From positions 288,001 through 352,000 of the forward strand of contig CAXXMB010000001.1 of assembly GCA_963668675.2 (NCBI GenBank): 64,000 nt of DNA. The letters are read 5' to 3'. This DNA comes from an uncultured Desulfatitalea sp. Its GTDB lineage: Bacteria; Desulfobacterota; Desulfobacteria; Desulfobacterales; Desulfosarcinaceae. How positions within the stretch are numbered: position 1 is the stretch's first letter; each line of letters opens with the position of its first letter. Shown piece after piece: positions 29,202 to 38,968 of the stretch. A program made the translations under genes and the position numbers. The notes beneath the pieces were generated by a model. It was not told the DNA's origin and made no database searches. It saw only the letters and a list, made by a program, of their open reading frames with translations.

Positions 29202-32087
29202 ATGGCTTCCTCTGCTATATGGCGTGCTGTTGCAACTGTTGCGATGGCGGTGATGTTGGTCAACGGGTGCACGCATCTGAGCAAGGTCTCATCATCACGG
29301 CAACCGGCCCAAGTGCTGAAACAGCGGCCGGCTTGGCCCCATGGGGGCAGTGATCTGAGACCGGATCCTGATGCATATTTCGGGCGCCTGGACAATGGGT
29401 TCAGGTTTGTGATGAAGGAGAACGCAACACCTCTTAATCGGGTGAGCATGCATCTCTATGTCCAGGTCGGATCCCTTGCCGAATTCGAGGGGGAAGAGGG
29501 GATGGCCCATTTTCTGGAACACATGCTTTTTGACGGGTCGACCCATTTCCCGCCCGGCGAGATGGTCAAGTACTTTCAGCGTATCGGTATGCAGTTCGGC
29601 CCCGATGCAAATGCCCATACCGGATTTGGACAAACGGTTTACGACATCCTGCTTCCTAACGGAGATGCTGAAAGTATTGCCGACGGGCTCCTCGTGCTGG
29701 GAGATTTTGCCGAAGGCGCCCTTCTGCTGCCTGCAGAGGTCGATAAGGAAAAAAAGGTTGTCCTTGCTGAAAAGCGTGCCCGAGACTCTGCGCGCTATCG
29801 CACCCTCCAAGCGACTTTCAATTTTGAGATGCCTGGCAGCTTATTGGCGCAACGGTTCCCTATTGGAACATCCGAGAGCATTCTCGCCTTTGAAGATAAA
29901 CAACTCAGGCGTTTTTACGACACCTGGTACCGCCCTGAACGAATGATTCTGGTGATGGTTGGAGACTTCGATCGCGAAGCTGCCGTGCCGCTCATCAAGG
30001 CGCAATTCGGGGCAATGCAGGCGCGCAGGGAAAAAGCGACGCCGCCCCCGTTCGGGTATTTCAGCCATCGGGGCGTCACAGCATTCCATCACCACGAAAA
30101 GGAGATGGGTGCCACCACCGTGTCCATAGAGACGGTGACCCTGCGGGAGATGACACCGGACAGCGTTGACCGCCAACGCCGGATTCTTTGGGAAGAACTT
30201 GCCAACCAAATGATGCAATGGCGGCTCGACAGGCTTGTCCGTGAGACCGATGGTATGTTGACGCACGCAAGCATCAGTGCCGGGGAGTATCTGCAGCAGA
30301 TCCACTATAGCGAAGTCTCCGCTCAGTGCCGGCCAGAGCATTGGGAGGAGGTGCTGAGGCGCCTGGAAAAGAAGCTGCGGCAGGCCATCGATTTCGGATT
30401 CACCCCTTCGGAATTGACGCGTGCAAAGAGATCCTTGCAGGCCGACTTGAAACGTGAAGTGGATGAGATGAAGACGAGAGAGAGCAGGGAGCTGGCAGAG
30501 CAAATCATGGACAGCTTCAACCAGTGGCAGGTTTTTCAGGATCCCTCCCAACGGAGGAGACTGCTCGACCCGATGATCGAAGAGGTCAAGTTGGCACAGA
30601 TCAACAAAGCGTTTGCCAGCCTTTGGCCGGATCGCCATCGGCTGGTTCTGGTGACAGGCAATGCGGATTTGACCACGACCGGAAAAGCACCTGAAGAGAT
30701 GATCCTTTCATTGTATCACTCGAGTTCTCAAGTGGCTGTCGGTCCGCCGGAAAATGCGGCAGCGCTCTCATTTCCATATCTGGAGACGCCCTCTATCATG
30801 GGAAAGATTAAAAAGAGGGAGAGCGTATCGGATCTGGGGATTGAAAAAGTGCTTTTTGAAAACGGCGTTTCGCTGATCCTGAAGCAAAGCGACTTCAAAG
30901 AGAATGAGGTCAGCGCCGCCATCTCGTTCGGGTTGGGAAAATATAGCGAACCTGCTGATCAACCCGGATTGGCGGTGATGACCGAGGCGGTGATCAATGA
31001 GTCGGGCTTCGGCGGCATGGACCGGAACGATCTTGAAAATGCGCTTGCCGGCCGTTTGGCGGAGATATCTCTGGAGGTTCGGGAAGAGATGTTTGTGATC
31101 AATGGGCAAGCCTCACGTTCGGAACTTCCGTTGCTGTTCCAGTTGTTCCACACAATGGTCAACGATCCCGGTTACCGGACGGAATCACTGGCCTTGGCCC
31201 GAAAGCAGTTCGAGCAGAAGCACCGGTCGATGGTGCACAAGGTGGAAGGACTCATGCAACTGCAGGGGCAACAGTTGCTGGGCGGCGGTGACAGCCGTCT
31301 TGGTTGGCCGGATTGGGAGCAGATTCGGAAAATAGAGCTTGGACAGATCGAGCAGTGGTTCGGTAGTCAAATCGCCAGCTCACCTCTGGAAATCGCCATT
31401 GTAGGAGACTTTCCGATAGACGAAGCGATCCGGTTGGCTGCTCTCTATTTCGGCTCGCTCCCTGCAAGGAGTGAGATGGTGGCTGCGATCCAGAGGCCAG
31501 ACCCTGCCTTCCCCAAAGGCGACTCTTTTTCATTGGTGGCGGATACGGCCATAGAGAGAGGACTTGTTGTGGTTGCCTACCCCACCGATGACTTCTGGGA
31601 GATCGGGAGAACACGGCGTCTGTCGGTGTTGTCCGAAATTTTTTCCGAAAGGCTGCGGGTGCAGGTGCGTGAAAAGCTGGGGGCCTCCTATTCTCCTTAT
31701 ACCTATCACCGCGCCTCTCGCGCCTATCCTGGTTATGGTGTGCTCCAGGCCATGCTTCTGGTGGATCCGGATCGCGTCGAAGACATCGTCCATGAAGTTG
31801 AGTTGATCGCAGCAGAGCTGAGTGCCGGTGGCATCAATGGGGATGAACTTCGCCGTGCTTTGGATCCGACCCTGGTCTCGATCAAAGATATGCGTCGATC
31901 AAATAGCTATTGGCTCAACAGTGTCATGGTTGGCTCGAATCGGCATCCGGTGCAATTGAGCTGGGCGAGGAGCATTGAGCGTGATTATGCCGCAATCAAG
32001 GCCAAAGAGATATCCGATCTGGCCAAACGCTATCTGGACAACAGCCAGGCAGCCACGGTTGTTATCGTACCGGAAGCGGACCGCTAA
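29202..32087 (+). CDS. M16 family (PqqL/pitrilysin-like) zinc peptidase, probable lipoprotein
   Basis: Lipobox-like LVNGC, GRLDNG, AHFLEHMLF (HxxEH), NAHT, VREKLGASYS. Confidence 0.92.
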   Translation: MASSAIWRAVATVAMAVMLVNGCTHLSKVSSSRQPAQVLKQRPAWPHGGSDLRPDPDAYFGRLDNGFRFVMKENATPLNRVSMHLYVQVGSLAEFEGEEGMAHFLEHMLFDGSTHFPPGEMVKYFQRIGMQFGPDANAHTGFGQTVYDILLPNGDAESIADGLLVLGDFAEGALLLPAEVDKEKKVVLAEKRARDSARYRTLQATFNFEMPGSLLAQRFPIGTSESILAFEDKQLRRFYDTWYRPERMILVMVGDFDREAAVPLIKAQFGAMQARREKATPPPFGYFSHRGVTAFHHHEKEMGATTVSIETVTLREMTPDSVDRQRRILWEELANQMMQWRLDRLVRETDGMLTHASISAGEYLQQIHYSEVSAQCRPEHWEEVLRRLEKKLRQAIDFGFTPSELTRAKRSLQADLKREVDEMKTRESRELAEQIMDSFNQWQVFQDPSQRRRLLDPMIEEVKLAQINKAFASLWPDRHRLVLVTGNADLTTTGKAPEEMILSLYHSSSQVAVGPPENAAALSFPYLETPSIMGKIKKRESVSDLGIEKVLFENGVSLILKQSDFKENEVSAAISFGLGKYSEPADQPGLAVMTEAVINESGFGGMDRNDLENALAGRLAEISLEVREEMFVINGQASRSELPLLFQLFHTMVNDPGYRTESLALARKQFEQKHRSMVHKVEGLMQLQGQQLLGGGDSRLGWPDWEQIRKIELGQIEQWFGSQIASSPLEIAIVGDFPIDEAIRLAALYFGSLPARSEMVAAIQRPDPAFPKGDSFSLVADTAIERGLVVVAYPTDDFWEIGRTRRLSVLSEIFSERLRVQVREKLGASYSPYTYHRASRAYPGYGVLQAMLLVDPDRVEDIVHEVELIAAELSAGGINGDELRRALDPTLVSIKDMRRSNSYWLNSVMVGSNRHPVQLSWARSIERDYAAIKAKEISDLAKRYLDNSQAATVVIVPEADR

Positions 32088-32229
32088 TCTTCCATTCAAC
32101 ATAGAATCATGATGTGGTTCTATCTCTGTGGGGGCTCGATGGCTGGTTGTCACCTCCTTTCCGATCTGATAAGCACGGAGATCGTTGAATCGGGCATCGC
32201 TTGGGACGTGAGGGAAGAGGCAATTGAAT

Positions 32230-33705
32230 ATGGATGGTAAGATCATAGTTTCTCCGAGTATCATCAGTAGCTTGTGGCGGTTTTTCGCATCCGTACGCCT
32301 AACTGTTGTGTTGCTGCTTTGCATGGCAGTTCTCTCCATATTTGGTACGGTGATTCCCCAGAATGCCACGGCAGAAGATTATGTTCGTATTTTCGGGCTT
32401 TTCCGCTATCAATTGTTTGTCTTGCTCGACATCGTCGATATGTACCATTCGTGGTGGTTTACGGGATTAATGGTGCTGCTGGTGGTTAATATCGTGGTGT
32501 GTTCCGTCGATCGCCTTCAGACTTCATGGCGAGTGATATTTAACCGAAATCCGAAGTTTGATCTGAAACAGTATCGGCAGCGAAAAGGCCGCATCGAATT
32601 CAGCGCCAAAGCGGATGTGATGCAGCTTGAAAAGCCGTTTCAGAGGTTCATTGCAAAAAAATTTCGCCACTGCAAGGTGCAGCGCACAGATCATGGATTT
32701 GCCATCACTGCTGAGAAGGGACGATTGAGTCGACTGGGCGTTTATGTGGTTCACTTCAGCATCGTGGTGCTGCTCCTGGGGGGCTTGGTCGGATCGAAAA
32801 TGGGTTTCGAAGGCTTCGTCGCCATTCCCGAAGGCGAGGCCGCCGAGGTCATCGATCTGACAAATTCAGGGCGTCAACTGAAATTGCCATTTCAGATTCG
32901 ATGTGACGATTTTGAGGTGTCGTTTTATGAGGGAGGCAAACGGCCCAAGGAGTTTCGGTCCAGCCTCACCATTGTAGAGAACGGCAAGGATGTTTTAAAA
33001 AGGGATGTCATTGTAAACGCCCCTCTATACCATCAAGGAATTGGTATCTTCCAATCCAGCTATGGTCCTGTTGATGGACCGGCCCCGCAGATGAATCCAT
33101 TGACCGAACCGCCAGAGGAGATCGAGTTGCGGTTCCAGAGTGTCACGTCCGGCATGGTCTATACCCAGAAATCAGCGTTGGGCAAAACGGTGACGGTACC
33201 TGAAGGGGGCGGGCAGCTGAGCATCGAGCAGTTCGTGCCGAATGCGAAATTCCAGAGCATGGAGCTGGGGCCGTCCATCATCGCCCGCTTTATCGCCAAA
33301 GAGGGGGAACCCCAATCGATAACGTTGCCGTTCAATTTTCCAAAATTCGATGCGATGCGAAGAGGTGAGATTGTCATTTCGGTGGCATCCGAGCATCAGC
33401 CCGCCGCCACTGAAGAGCGCTATTACACCGGGTTGGTTGTCTCCTACGATCCGGGGGTAGGATTGGTATATTCAGGGTTCATTCTGATGATCGTTGGATG
33501 CTGGATTGCTTTTTTCATGTCTCATAAGCAGTTGGTGGTCGATGTGGCTTCGGATGGTCGATCCAGCACGGTTATCGTATCTGGCAAAACCAATAAGGCC
33601 AGAATGGGGTTCAAGGTGCAGCTTGAGCACTTGTCCGATCAGCTGAAGCGGCTGGCGAACGCGAGCTCCAGGAGTTCTGACCCAAATGGTCCGTTTATAG
33701 GATAA
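32230..33705 (+). CDS. resB: Cytochrome c biogenesis protein ResB/Ccs1 (system II)
   Basis: FASVRLT, GTVIPQ, YHSWWF, CS..R, YVVHFS, VNAPL, DPGV. Confidence 0.9.
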   Translation: MDGKIIVSPSIISSLWRFFASVRLTVVLLLCMAVLSIFGTVIPQNATAEDYVRIFGLFRYQLFVLLDIVDMYHSWWFTGLMVLLVVNIVVCSVDRLQTSWRVIFNRNPKFDLKQYRQRKGRIEFSAKADVMQLEKPFQRFIAKKFRHCKVQRTDHGFAITAEKGRLSRLGVYVVHFSIVVLLLGGLVGSKMGFEGFVAIPEGEAAEVIDLTNSGRQLKLPFQIRCDDFEVSFYEGGKRPKEFRSSLTIVENGKDVLKRDVIVNAPLYHQGIGIFQSSYGPVDGPAPQMNPLTEPPEEIELRFQSVTSGMVYTQKSALGKTVTVPEGGGQLSIEQFVPNAKFQSMELGPSIIARFIAKEGEPQSITLPFNFPKFDAMRRGEIVISVASEHQPAATEERYYTGLVVSYDPGVGLVYSGFILMIVGCWIAFFMSHKQLVVDVASDGRSSTVIVSGKTNKARMGFKVQLEHLSDQLKRLANASSRSSDPNGPFIG

Positions 33706-33710
33706 GGAAA

Positions 33711-34568
33711 ATGGATATGGGATATAACGCTTCGGTCCTTTCGGTTGTCACCTTTATATATGGATTGGCAGGCACGCTCTATCTGTTTGCATGGATATTT
33801 CGAAAGGAGATGCCGGGAAGGATCGCCACATGGGTTACCCTGGTTGCGTGGCTGGGCAATACGCTTGGCATCGTTTTGCGTTGGGTGGAATCCTATCAGA
33901 TGGGTCAAGAGTTCGGTCACGCTCCCTTTTCAAATATGTACGAATCCCTTGTTTTTTTCGCCTGGACCATCGGGATCATCTATCTGGTTGTGGAGCGGCG
34001 CTATCGAAATCGCGTCATCGGCGCCTTTGCCATACCGTTGGCCTGTTTGGCGATAGCCTATGCATCGCTGTCTCCTGACAAGGTCATTCAGCCCTTGATC
34101 CCTGCTCTGAAAAGCAACTGGCTGATCGCCCATGTGATCACCTGCTTCCTGGGGTATGCGGCCTTCGCGGTGGCCTTTGGCGTCAGCATCATGTACCTGA
34201 TCAAATCTAAGGCGAAACCGGCATCGAAGAAGGGCGTGGCGGTGCATATCCCTTCATCCGGGCTTTTGGATGAGCTGACCCACCAATTGGTGATGTTCGG
34301 TTTTCTTTTCCTGACTGTCGGGATTATCACCGGCGCTGTGTGGGCCAAACAGGCCTGGACCCGGTACTGGAGTTGGGACCCCAAAGAGACCTGGTCGTTG
34401 ATCACATGGTTGATCTATGCCGCCCTGCTTCACTTCAGGATGATGCGCGGCTGGCGTGGAAAGCGGATTGCCGTCATCTCCATTGTCGGTTTCGCGGCCG
34501 TCTTGTTTACCTATTTCGGTGTCAATTTTCTGCTTGCCGGATTGCACAGCTACGGCGCAAAACTGTAG
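33711..34568 (+). CDS. ccsA: Cytochrome c synthase CcsA/ResC (system II)
   Basis: HAPFSNMYES, PALKSNWLIAHV, WWD motif WAKQAWTRYWSWDPKETW, GLHSY. Confidence 0.95.
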   Translation: MDMGYNASVLSVVTFIYGLAGTLYLFAWIFRKEMPGRIATWVTLVAWLGNTLGIVLRWVESYQMGQEFGHAPFSNMYESLVFFAWTIGIIYLVVERRYRNRVIGAFAIPLACLAIAYASLSPDKVIQPLIPALKSNWLIAHVITCFLGYAAFAVAFGVSIMYLIKSKAKPASKKGVAVHIPSSGLLDELTHQLVMFGFLFLTVGIITGAVWAKQAWTRYWSWDPKETWSLITWLIYAALLHFRMMRGWRGKRIAVISIVGFAAVLFTYFGVNFLLAGLHSYGAKL

Positions 34569-34669
34569 CTTGCGGATTCCCCACATCAATCTCCTCCCTT
34601 TTTGCACGCATACGGGGTGTTTCGAGGTCGATTTCTCTGTCCTTCTGAAACCTATCCGTTGAATTAGAC

Positions 34670-34698
34670 TTGACAAAAAGGGGCGGTCTGGATAGTAA
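34670..34698 (+). promoter_or_regulatory. sigma70-type promoter for the qrc operon
   Basis: TTGACA-17 nt-TAGTAA about 210 nt upstream of qrcA. Confidence 0.55.
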
Positions 34699-34908
34699 AA
34701 GCCTTTCGTGGCGCCTCTCCGGCATCTGCCGTAACGTGCTGAAAGTTATCCTATAGAGATGCAATTCGGGCAAAAGGCCCGTTTGTCATATGGCGATTAG
34801 GCCACCGTGTACCACTGATCGGACCGGTCCGCCAATTGTGTGGCGATGGATAGGGCCACACGCGAGGATAGTTAGACCCGGATCCCATAACAACATGACG
34901 GAGTGTCC

Positions 34909-35595
34909 ATGAGCAGCAATGAAGAGCCCAAAACAGACGGCAAGACAGGTGACGCTCACTCCCCCTCACCGAGCGACCCGCGAAACGGTCCCTACATTCT
35001 TCTCTTTTTCATCCTTGGCCTGGCTTTGAGCATGGTTGTCGGTTGGGCGGTATTTCCCAAGCTGCTTTACAGCCAGAAAAGCCAGCCTTTCGATTTCAAC
35101 CATAAACTCCATCTTGAGCAGGTCGACGACGGTTGCCAGAGCTGCCACTTCTTTCGGGAAGACGGCACCTTTTCCGGTGCCCCACGCCTGGCCCAGTGCG
35201 TCGATTGCCACGAGGAGCTGATGGGGGAGAGCGAGGATGAGAAGGTGTTTGTCGAGCAGTACGTGGCCACGGGAAGGGAGGTGCCCTGGCTGATCTATGC
35301 CCGCCAACCCGATTGTGTCTTTTTCTCCCATGCGGCTCACACCCATGGCGCCAAGATGGCGTGCGAAACCTGCCACGGTCCGATCGGAACTTCCGAGAGT
35401 CTGAAGCCCTATGAAGAGAATCGCATCACCGGATTGAGCCGGGATATATGGGGACGTAATATATCCGGATTCAAGCAGAATACATGGGATCGTATGAAGA
35501 TGGATGACTGTGCGGAATGCCATGCCCAGTACGACACGCTGCACGATTCCAGCGTGCAGACCGGTCGGGATGCATGCTTTGTTTGCCATAAGTAG
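34909..35595 (+). CDS. qrcA: Menaquinone reductase complex multiheme cytochrome subunit QrcA (5 CxxCH)
   Basis: N-terminal TM helix; CQSCH, CVDCH, CETCH, CAECH, CFVCH; QPFDFNH, QPDCVFFSH, RMKMDDC. Confidence 0.88.
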   Translation: MSSNEEPKTDGKTGDAHSPSPSDPRNGPYILLFFILGLALSMVVGWAVFPKLLYSQKSQPFDFNHKLHLEQVDDGCQSCHFFREDGTFSGAPRLAQCVDCHEELMGESEDEKVFVEQYVATGREVPWLIYARQPDCVFFSHAAHTHGAKMACETCHGPIGTSESLKPYEENRITGLSRDIWGRNISGFKQNTWDRMKMDDCAECHAQYDTLHDSSVQTGRDACFVCHK

Positions 35596-35683
35596 TTCGG
35601 GGGGTCGAAAGGCAATGGCAATAGTGAACTTCGGTGCAAATCACAACGAACCATCAAAGGGCGAGATAGGCTGAGGTAATTTT

Positions 35684-37897
35684 ATGAAACTGTCCAGACG
35701 ATGTTTTTTGTCTTTCACCATAGGAGGCGCCGCAGGAACGGCTCTTTCGCCTTTACCTTGGAAGCTTACCGACGATCTTTCCATATGGTCCCAGAACTGG
35801 CCGTGGACCCCGGTACCACCCGACGGCGAATACGATTATGTCAATACCACCTGCAAATTGTGTCCGGGGCACTGTGGGATCCGTGTACGCAAAGTCGACG
35901 GCCGCGCGGTCAAGATCGAAGGGCAGGAGGAGACCGCCATGAACCCGGGCGGAATCTGCCTGTTGGGGTTGTCCGGTTTGCAACTGCTATACGGTCCCAC
36001 GAGAGTTCAGGGCCCCTTAAAACGTGTAGGCGAGCGGGGAGAGGGGCGCTGGGAAGCGATCAGCTGGAGAGAGGCCATCGAAGAGGTGACGGCCCGACTC
36101 GCTGACCTGCGCGCAAAGGGCCAGCCCCAATCGGTCGCTTGCCTCACCTCGGATGACGCGGGGACGGTGCCAGAACTGGCCAAGCGGTTGATGACCGCTT
36201 TCGGATCTCCCAACTTTATGAAAATGCCCTCCATGGAGGACGCCTATGCCTCCGTCCTTAAGTTGACCCAGGGCGCCGAAGGATTCGTATCGCTCGATCT
36301 GGAGCAGGCGGACTTCATGCTCAGCTTCGGCAGTGCGCTGCTCGACGGTTACGGCGCCTCACCGAGGGTGATGCAGGCGGTGAACGGACTCAAGGCGACG
36401 CATGGAAAGCTTGTACAGATAGACCCGCGCCTCTCCAATACGGCGGCCAAGGCTGATACCTGGCTCGCTCCCAAGCCGGGAACCGAGGCGGATGTGGCTT
36501 TGGCGATGGCTCAGGTGATCATCGACCGCAAGCGGTATCGGGCCGGGTTCGTGAACGGGAATATTGAAGGGTTCGAAGCGTTTGCCGCCATGGTCGCCGA
36601 GCGATACACGCCCCAGGCGGTCGCGCAGAAGGCCGGAATCGACGCCGAGGCGATCGTCAAAACCGCATTGGAATTTGCCGGCGCAAAACGCCCCTTGGCC
36701 ATTTGCGGCAGAGGCAAGGGGGAGTTGCCCGTCAGCCTTAAAGAGGCATTGGCCGTCCATGCCTTGAACGCACTTGTGGGCAGCATCAATCGCTCCGGCG
36801 GTGTGCGGGCCGCCGCCTACGATTACATCCAATGGCCGGCAGTGGCAGTGGATGCTGTGGCTGCAGCGGGCATGAAGACCCCGCGATTGGACCGAGCGGA
36901 AGGTGTCGCATATCCGGACGCCGGCTACAAGTTGCACCGCATGTTTGAGGCCGTGCAATCCGGAGAGGCGGAACTTAAGGCGCTGCTAGTCGTAGAATCG
37001 AATCCCTGCTTCAGCCAGCCCGACATTGCCAAGGTGAAGGCGGCGTTCGACAAAATTCCATTTGTGGTCAGTTTCTCTTCTTATATGGATGAAACCGCCA
37101 TGCAATCCGACCTTATCCTTCCCAACCACACCTACCTGGAGAGGTTCGAGGATGTGCCTGTCAAGGCGGGGGCGGCAAAACCGGTCGTGGGCTTGTGCCG
37201 TCCGGTGATCGATCCGCTCTATGCCACCCAGCATGTGGGCGACACCATCATCCAGATTGCGAAAGCGCTGAAGGGCCCCGTGGCCAGGGCATTCCCCTGG
37301 AACGATTATGAATCTTGCCTCCAGGATGTGTTGGCTGATCGATGGGAAGCGATGATCGAGAAGGGGTGCTGGCAGATGCCGGAAGCTGCGCCAGAAGAAA
37401 GCGGCTTCAGTACCGCTTCCGGTAAGTTTGTCTTGATGAACGATACCATCGGCGCCATCTACATGACCGATTTACCTGCATCTGCAGGGGACGAAAAAGA
37501 GTTTCCCCTGCAGCTTGTCGCATACGACACCATACGCCTTAGCAGTCGCTACGTGGGCAGCTCGCCCTTCATGATCAAGACCCTGGCGGATACGACACTG
37601 AAAGGCCAGGATGGTTTTGTAGAGCTGAACCCCGAAACGGCCGAACAGCTCAAACTCAAACAGGGCCAGGCGGCAACCCTTGCTACACCGGTTGGAAAGG
37701 CCGACGTCCGCGTTCATCTGGATGACGGGATCATGCCGGGTGTTTTGGCCATGGCACGCGGCCTCGGGCATACGGCATACGATGAATTTCTGGCCGGCAA
37801 AGGGGTGAACGTCAATCGGCTTATCGGTCCCATGGAGGACCCGGCTTCAGGATTGGATGCGGCGTGGGGCATCCGGGCGCGATTGACGAAAGCGTAA
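35684..37897 (+). CDS. qrcB: QrcB molybdopterin-oxidoreductase-like subunit
   Basis: Tat signal SRRCFL, SIWSQNWPW, CKLCPGHC...C, MDETAMQSDLILP; operon position. Confidence 0.88.
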   Translation: MKLSRRCFLSFTIGGAAGTALSPLPWKLTDDLSIWSQNWPWTPVPPDGEYDYVNTTCKLCPGHCGIRVRKVDGRAVKIEGQEETAMNPGGICLLGLSGLQLLYGPTRVQGPLKRVGERGEGRWEAISWREAIEEVTARLADLRAKGQPQSVACLTSDDAGTVPELAKRLMTAFGSPNFMKMPSMEDAYASVLKLTQGAEGFVSLDLEQADFMLSFGSALLDGYGASPRVMQAVNGLKATHGKLVQIDPRLSNTAAKADTWLAPKPGTEADVALAMAQVIIDRKRYRAGFVNGNIEGFEAFAAMVAERYTPQAVAQKAGIDAEAIVKTALEFAGAKRPLAICGRGKGELPVSLKEALAVHALNALVGSINRSGGVRAAAYDYIQWPAVAVDAVAAAGMKTPRLDRAEGVAYPDAGYKLHRMFEAVQSGEAELKALLVVESNPCFSQPDIAKVKAAFDKIPFVVSFSSYMDETAMQSDLILPNHTYLERFEDVPVKAGAAKPVVGLCRPVIDPLYATQHVGDTIIQIAKALKGPVARAFPWNDYESCLQDVLADRWEAMIEKGCWQMPEAAPEESGFSTASGKFVLMNDTIGAIYMTDLPASAGDEKEFPLQLVAYDTIRLSSRYVGSSPFMIKTLADTTLKGQDGFVELNPETAEQLKLKQGQAATLATPVGKADVRVHLDDGIMPGVLAMARGLGHTAYDEFLAGKGVNVNRLIGPMEDPASGLDAAWGIRARLTKA

Positions 37898-37986
37898 GAT
37901 GCCTGTTGGCAATCCGGCGATTGGATTGAAGATCAGGAATCTAAGCCACCTTTAGAACAGGCTCAAACTGCTTAAATGAGGTTCTG

Positions 37987-38856
37987 ATGAAACAGACGCA
38001 GACGCAGACACAACATCGACCCAAACGATACGGCATGGCGATTGACGTAGACAAGTGTACGGGATGCGGCTCCTGTATGGTCGCCTGTTTTTCCGAAAAC
38101 AACGTGCCGTTCAAGCAGGATGAAACCGACAAACTGCTGAGCATCACCTGGATGCGGGTTTACAAGATTTCCAACGGAGAGAAATTTCCCAATACGGAAG
38201 TGGCCTATATGCCCAGGCCGTGTCAACATTGTGCCGGCCAGCATGAGGGGCACTCGCCCTGTGTTTCGGTATGTCCGGCCACGGCCACCGACTACAGCGT
38301 CGAGACGGGTATCGTCAGCCAGATCTACACGCGCTGCTTCGGATGCCGGTACTGCATGGCAGCCTGCCCCTATCATGCCCGCTACTTCAACTGGTGGGAT
38401 CCGGCCTGGCCCAAGGGAATGGAGAAGTATCTCAGCCCCAATGTGTCGCCGCGCATGCGCGGTGTGGTGGAAAAGTGCAGCTTCTGCTTCCATCGCTACC
38501 AACAGGCCCGTGACAAGGCTTATACGGAAGGCAAACGGGAAGTGCGGGAGGAAGAATATCAGACGGCTTGCACCCAGGCATGCCCATCCGGTGCTATCGT
38601 GTTCGGGGATTTGAACAATCCCGATCACGAGATTCATCAGATCATCAAACCCAACCCCCATGTGGTTTACGATAAGGCTGGCACTCCCATTATCGGAAAA
38701 TCGCAAAATCCGCACGCTTTCAGACTTCTGGAGCGGTTGGGAACCAATACGAAGGTATACTATCTGTCGAAGCGTGAGTGGGTGCGCAAAGCCGGTGACA
38801 ACTATCTGCCTGGAGAGCCTGTGGGCGAGCATGGCAAACCGGCCTCGCACGGATAG
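37987..38856 (+). CDS. qrcC: QrcC iron-sulfur subunit
   Basis: CTGCGSCMVAC, PCQHC...CVSVCP, CFGCRYCMAACPY, VEKCSFC...CTQACP. Confidence 0.9.
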   Translation: MKQTQTQTQHRPKRYGMAIDVDKCTGCGSCMVACFSENNVPFKQDETDKLLSITWMRVYKISNGEKFPNTEVAYMPRPCQHCAGQHEGHSPCVSVCPATATDYSVETGIVSQIYTRCFGCRYCMAACPYHARYFNWWDPAWPKGMEKYLSPNVSPRMRGVVEKCSFCFHRYQQARDKAYTEGKREVREEEYQTACTQACPSGAIVFGDLNNPDHEIHQIIKPNPHVVYDKAGTPIIGKSQNPHAFRLLERLGTNTKVYYLSKREWVRKAGDNYLPGEPVGEHGKPASHG

Positions 38857-38968
38857 GCGGGAGAGTATATCCAAAATTTAGGCCCATGCCCGTCTGCGGG
38901 GGCCGAATCGGCAAAAGCCGTTACGATAGCACGATTTCAATTGCAAGGAGAACAAGGAGCGCAATCTT

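Noticed and set aside
34700..34908. Riboswitch in the ~200-nt qrc leader
   Set aside because: Only short hairpins are visible and I recognise no known aptamer consensus; an Infernal/Rfam scan would be decisive.
37972..38874. 300-aa minus-strand ORF
   Set aside because: Antisense shadow of qrcC.
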